Position numbers and translations under genes: made by a program. A stretch of 63,938 nt of DNA, counting the filler, from Octopus bimaculoides (taxonomy: Eukaryota), in assembly GCF_001194135.2 (NCBI RefSeq). It is 6 parts of 6 records of this genome, joined end to end, with 100 filler letters (N's around TTAATTAATTAA, not from the genome) between each part and the next. Parts side by side here need not be neighbours in the genome. Positions count along the whole stretch, not along the records: positions 61,626 to 63,938 come from NC_068990.1; 5 more parts are not named here. The stretch is one strand, 5' to 3'. Below are positions 62,367-63,938 of the stretch, piece by piece (position 1 is the stretch's first letter; each line of letters starts with the position of its first letter). The notes under the pieces are model-generated. The model had not been told where the DNA came from and did not search any database. It saw only the letters and a program-made list of their open reading frames with translations.

Positions 62367-63237
62367 GCTCACTAAGCCAGCAGGCTATGCTTAATTTAGT
62401 TTTTTAGAAATTTAAGAAATCTAGTGACACAAAAATTGGTAGAATTGCTACACTTTAAAATCTTTAAGGAACATCGTGTATTCATGATATTGTTTTATAA
62501 GCATGGGGTCTCCGTCGAACCCATACTTATAAAATTGCTTAAATTACATAATGCTAATCATATAATTGAGTCATATTCTTGATATTCATTGGAAATCTAT
62601 AGTATGCTTTCCATAAAACTAGACTATTTAGTTAGACAGTAAAATAATCTTTGTCTCCGTATCTTTCTAATGCAGAATATCAGCTATTTATGCAAAAAAT
62701 TTGTCTTGTGTATCATGCTAAATCCTTTTATTACAACGTCTAAGGTCATTACTCATAAAATGGACGTAACATAGATATTTTCTTAAGATATACAATAATG
62801 TCTAAATTAGTCGTGGTAGCATCGCCTCGAGTTTTGAGCTACCTAATAACAGATCCAGTTCTGTTGTCAACTGAGGAAGCTTATCGATTGATAATATATA
62901 TTCTTAAAGGCACATCACATTGGAATAATTTGACACTGTAGGTTGTAAAATAAAGTATTCTTTGCAGTATATATATATTATATTGCATCTTACCTTTAAG
63001 CGACTGTTTCGTAGTTTTACCAAGAGTTGACTTCGTATTTGAAACACAGAAATATATTAACATATTCAATTTCAAATAAGTCAAGAAGCACACTTTTAAA
63101 GATATACTTAAAACCTTCAAACATACTAAGTTACAGTATGTGGCATAATTACATATACTGTCGTTTCGTTTCATATGTGAACAAACATATACATGCCTTA
63201 TGTATGTGTCTGTGTGTATGCATGTGTGTGTGTGAAT

Positions 63238-63535
63238 GTGCGTGGCTCAGTGGTTAGAGTTATTCGGCTTACCATTGTAAGGTCGGGAGTTCGATTCCCA
63301 GCAGACCGTTGTGTCCTTCAGCAAAAACACTTTCTTTCACGTTGTTGTACTCCACTCAGCTGGCAATGATGGGTAGTACCTGTAATTCAAAGGGGGCCAT
63401 CATTGTCACATTCTGTGTCACGCTGAATCTCCCGGAGAATTACGATAAGGGTAGCCATGTTCGTTTCATGAGGCTGTCCCATTGACTGGATCAACTGGCA
63501 CACACGGTGTGGTAAACGACGGGGTGCTAATTATA
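63238..63535 (+). mobile_element. SINE family B
   Basis: GTGGCTCAGTGGTTAGAG and GAGTTCGATTCC boxes, followed by the family B body. Confidence 0.82.
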
Positions 63536-63544
63536 TATACACGT

Positions 63545-63870
63545 AGAAAGGGCAAAGACGCCCTTCGGTCATGAATGACCATGGGATTGCTCCTAGAAAG
63601 TTAACCTCCGACGTACCAGTCTGAAAAAGGTTGTTTTATGAAAGATCAACAGTCAACCATGCACACCACCCTCTCCATGTCATCGATGTTATCTCAGGAA
63701 AATGTAGCTTCGCACCAGTGACGTCGCAACTCATTTCTGGCTGAGTGAACTGGAGCAACGTGAAATAAATTGTTTGCTCAAGAACACAAGCACAACATAC
63801 AGCCCGGTCCAGGAATCGAACTCAACCTAATGATTCTGAGCTCGACGCTCTAACTACTGAGCCATGCACT
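63545..63870 (-). mobile_element. Family-B-related SINE with a different 3' tail, tail-to-tail with 63238-63535
   Basis: - strand tRNA head GCATGGCTCAGTAGTTAGAGC...GAGTTCGATTCC and the TTTATTTCACGTTGCTCCAG core. Confidence 0.75.
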
Positions 63871-63887
63871 ATCTATCTATCTATCTA

Positions 63888-63938
<51 letters not shown>

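Overview
This is eukaryotic, AT-rich, microsatellite- and repeat-laden genomic DNA with many N gaps. The SINE types and the (TA/CA/GA)n load suggest a cephalopod, probably Octopus (inference). Almost all long ORFs in the supplied track are artefacts of N runs or microsatellites. Reading splice sites by hand gives pieces of three spliced genes. (1) A + strand follistatin-related FSTL4/5-like gene, with an EF-hand-pair exon at 16296-16499 and an Ig-domain exon at 27590-27750 that splice in phase. (2) Three consecutive - strand exons of TGFBRAP1/VPS3 (50677-50809, 49337-49432, 47797-47901). (3) Three - strand exons encoding a complete but non-canonical long-form C-type lectin domain (61077-61247, 58880-58975, 56440-56622). 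None of the genes is complete here. Five 100-nt gaps carrying an artificial TTAATTAATTAA linker split the window into blocks, so the apparent interleaving of these genes may be an assembly artefact. The rest is a layered transposon graveyard: at least 4 SINE/retroposon families, plus RTE, Penelope-like, Helitron, Tc1/mariner (DD37D), MULE, piggyBac-type and Merlin-type remnants. The most unusual items are a Merlin-type MITE family (GGATC TIRs, 8-bp TSDs) with a perfect head-to-head telomeric-repeat hairpin, minimal hammerhead-ribozyme-like motifs in a Penelope-type repeat, and clusters of foldback palindromes. I found no convincing evidence of a novel multi-gene system.
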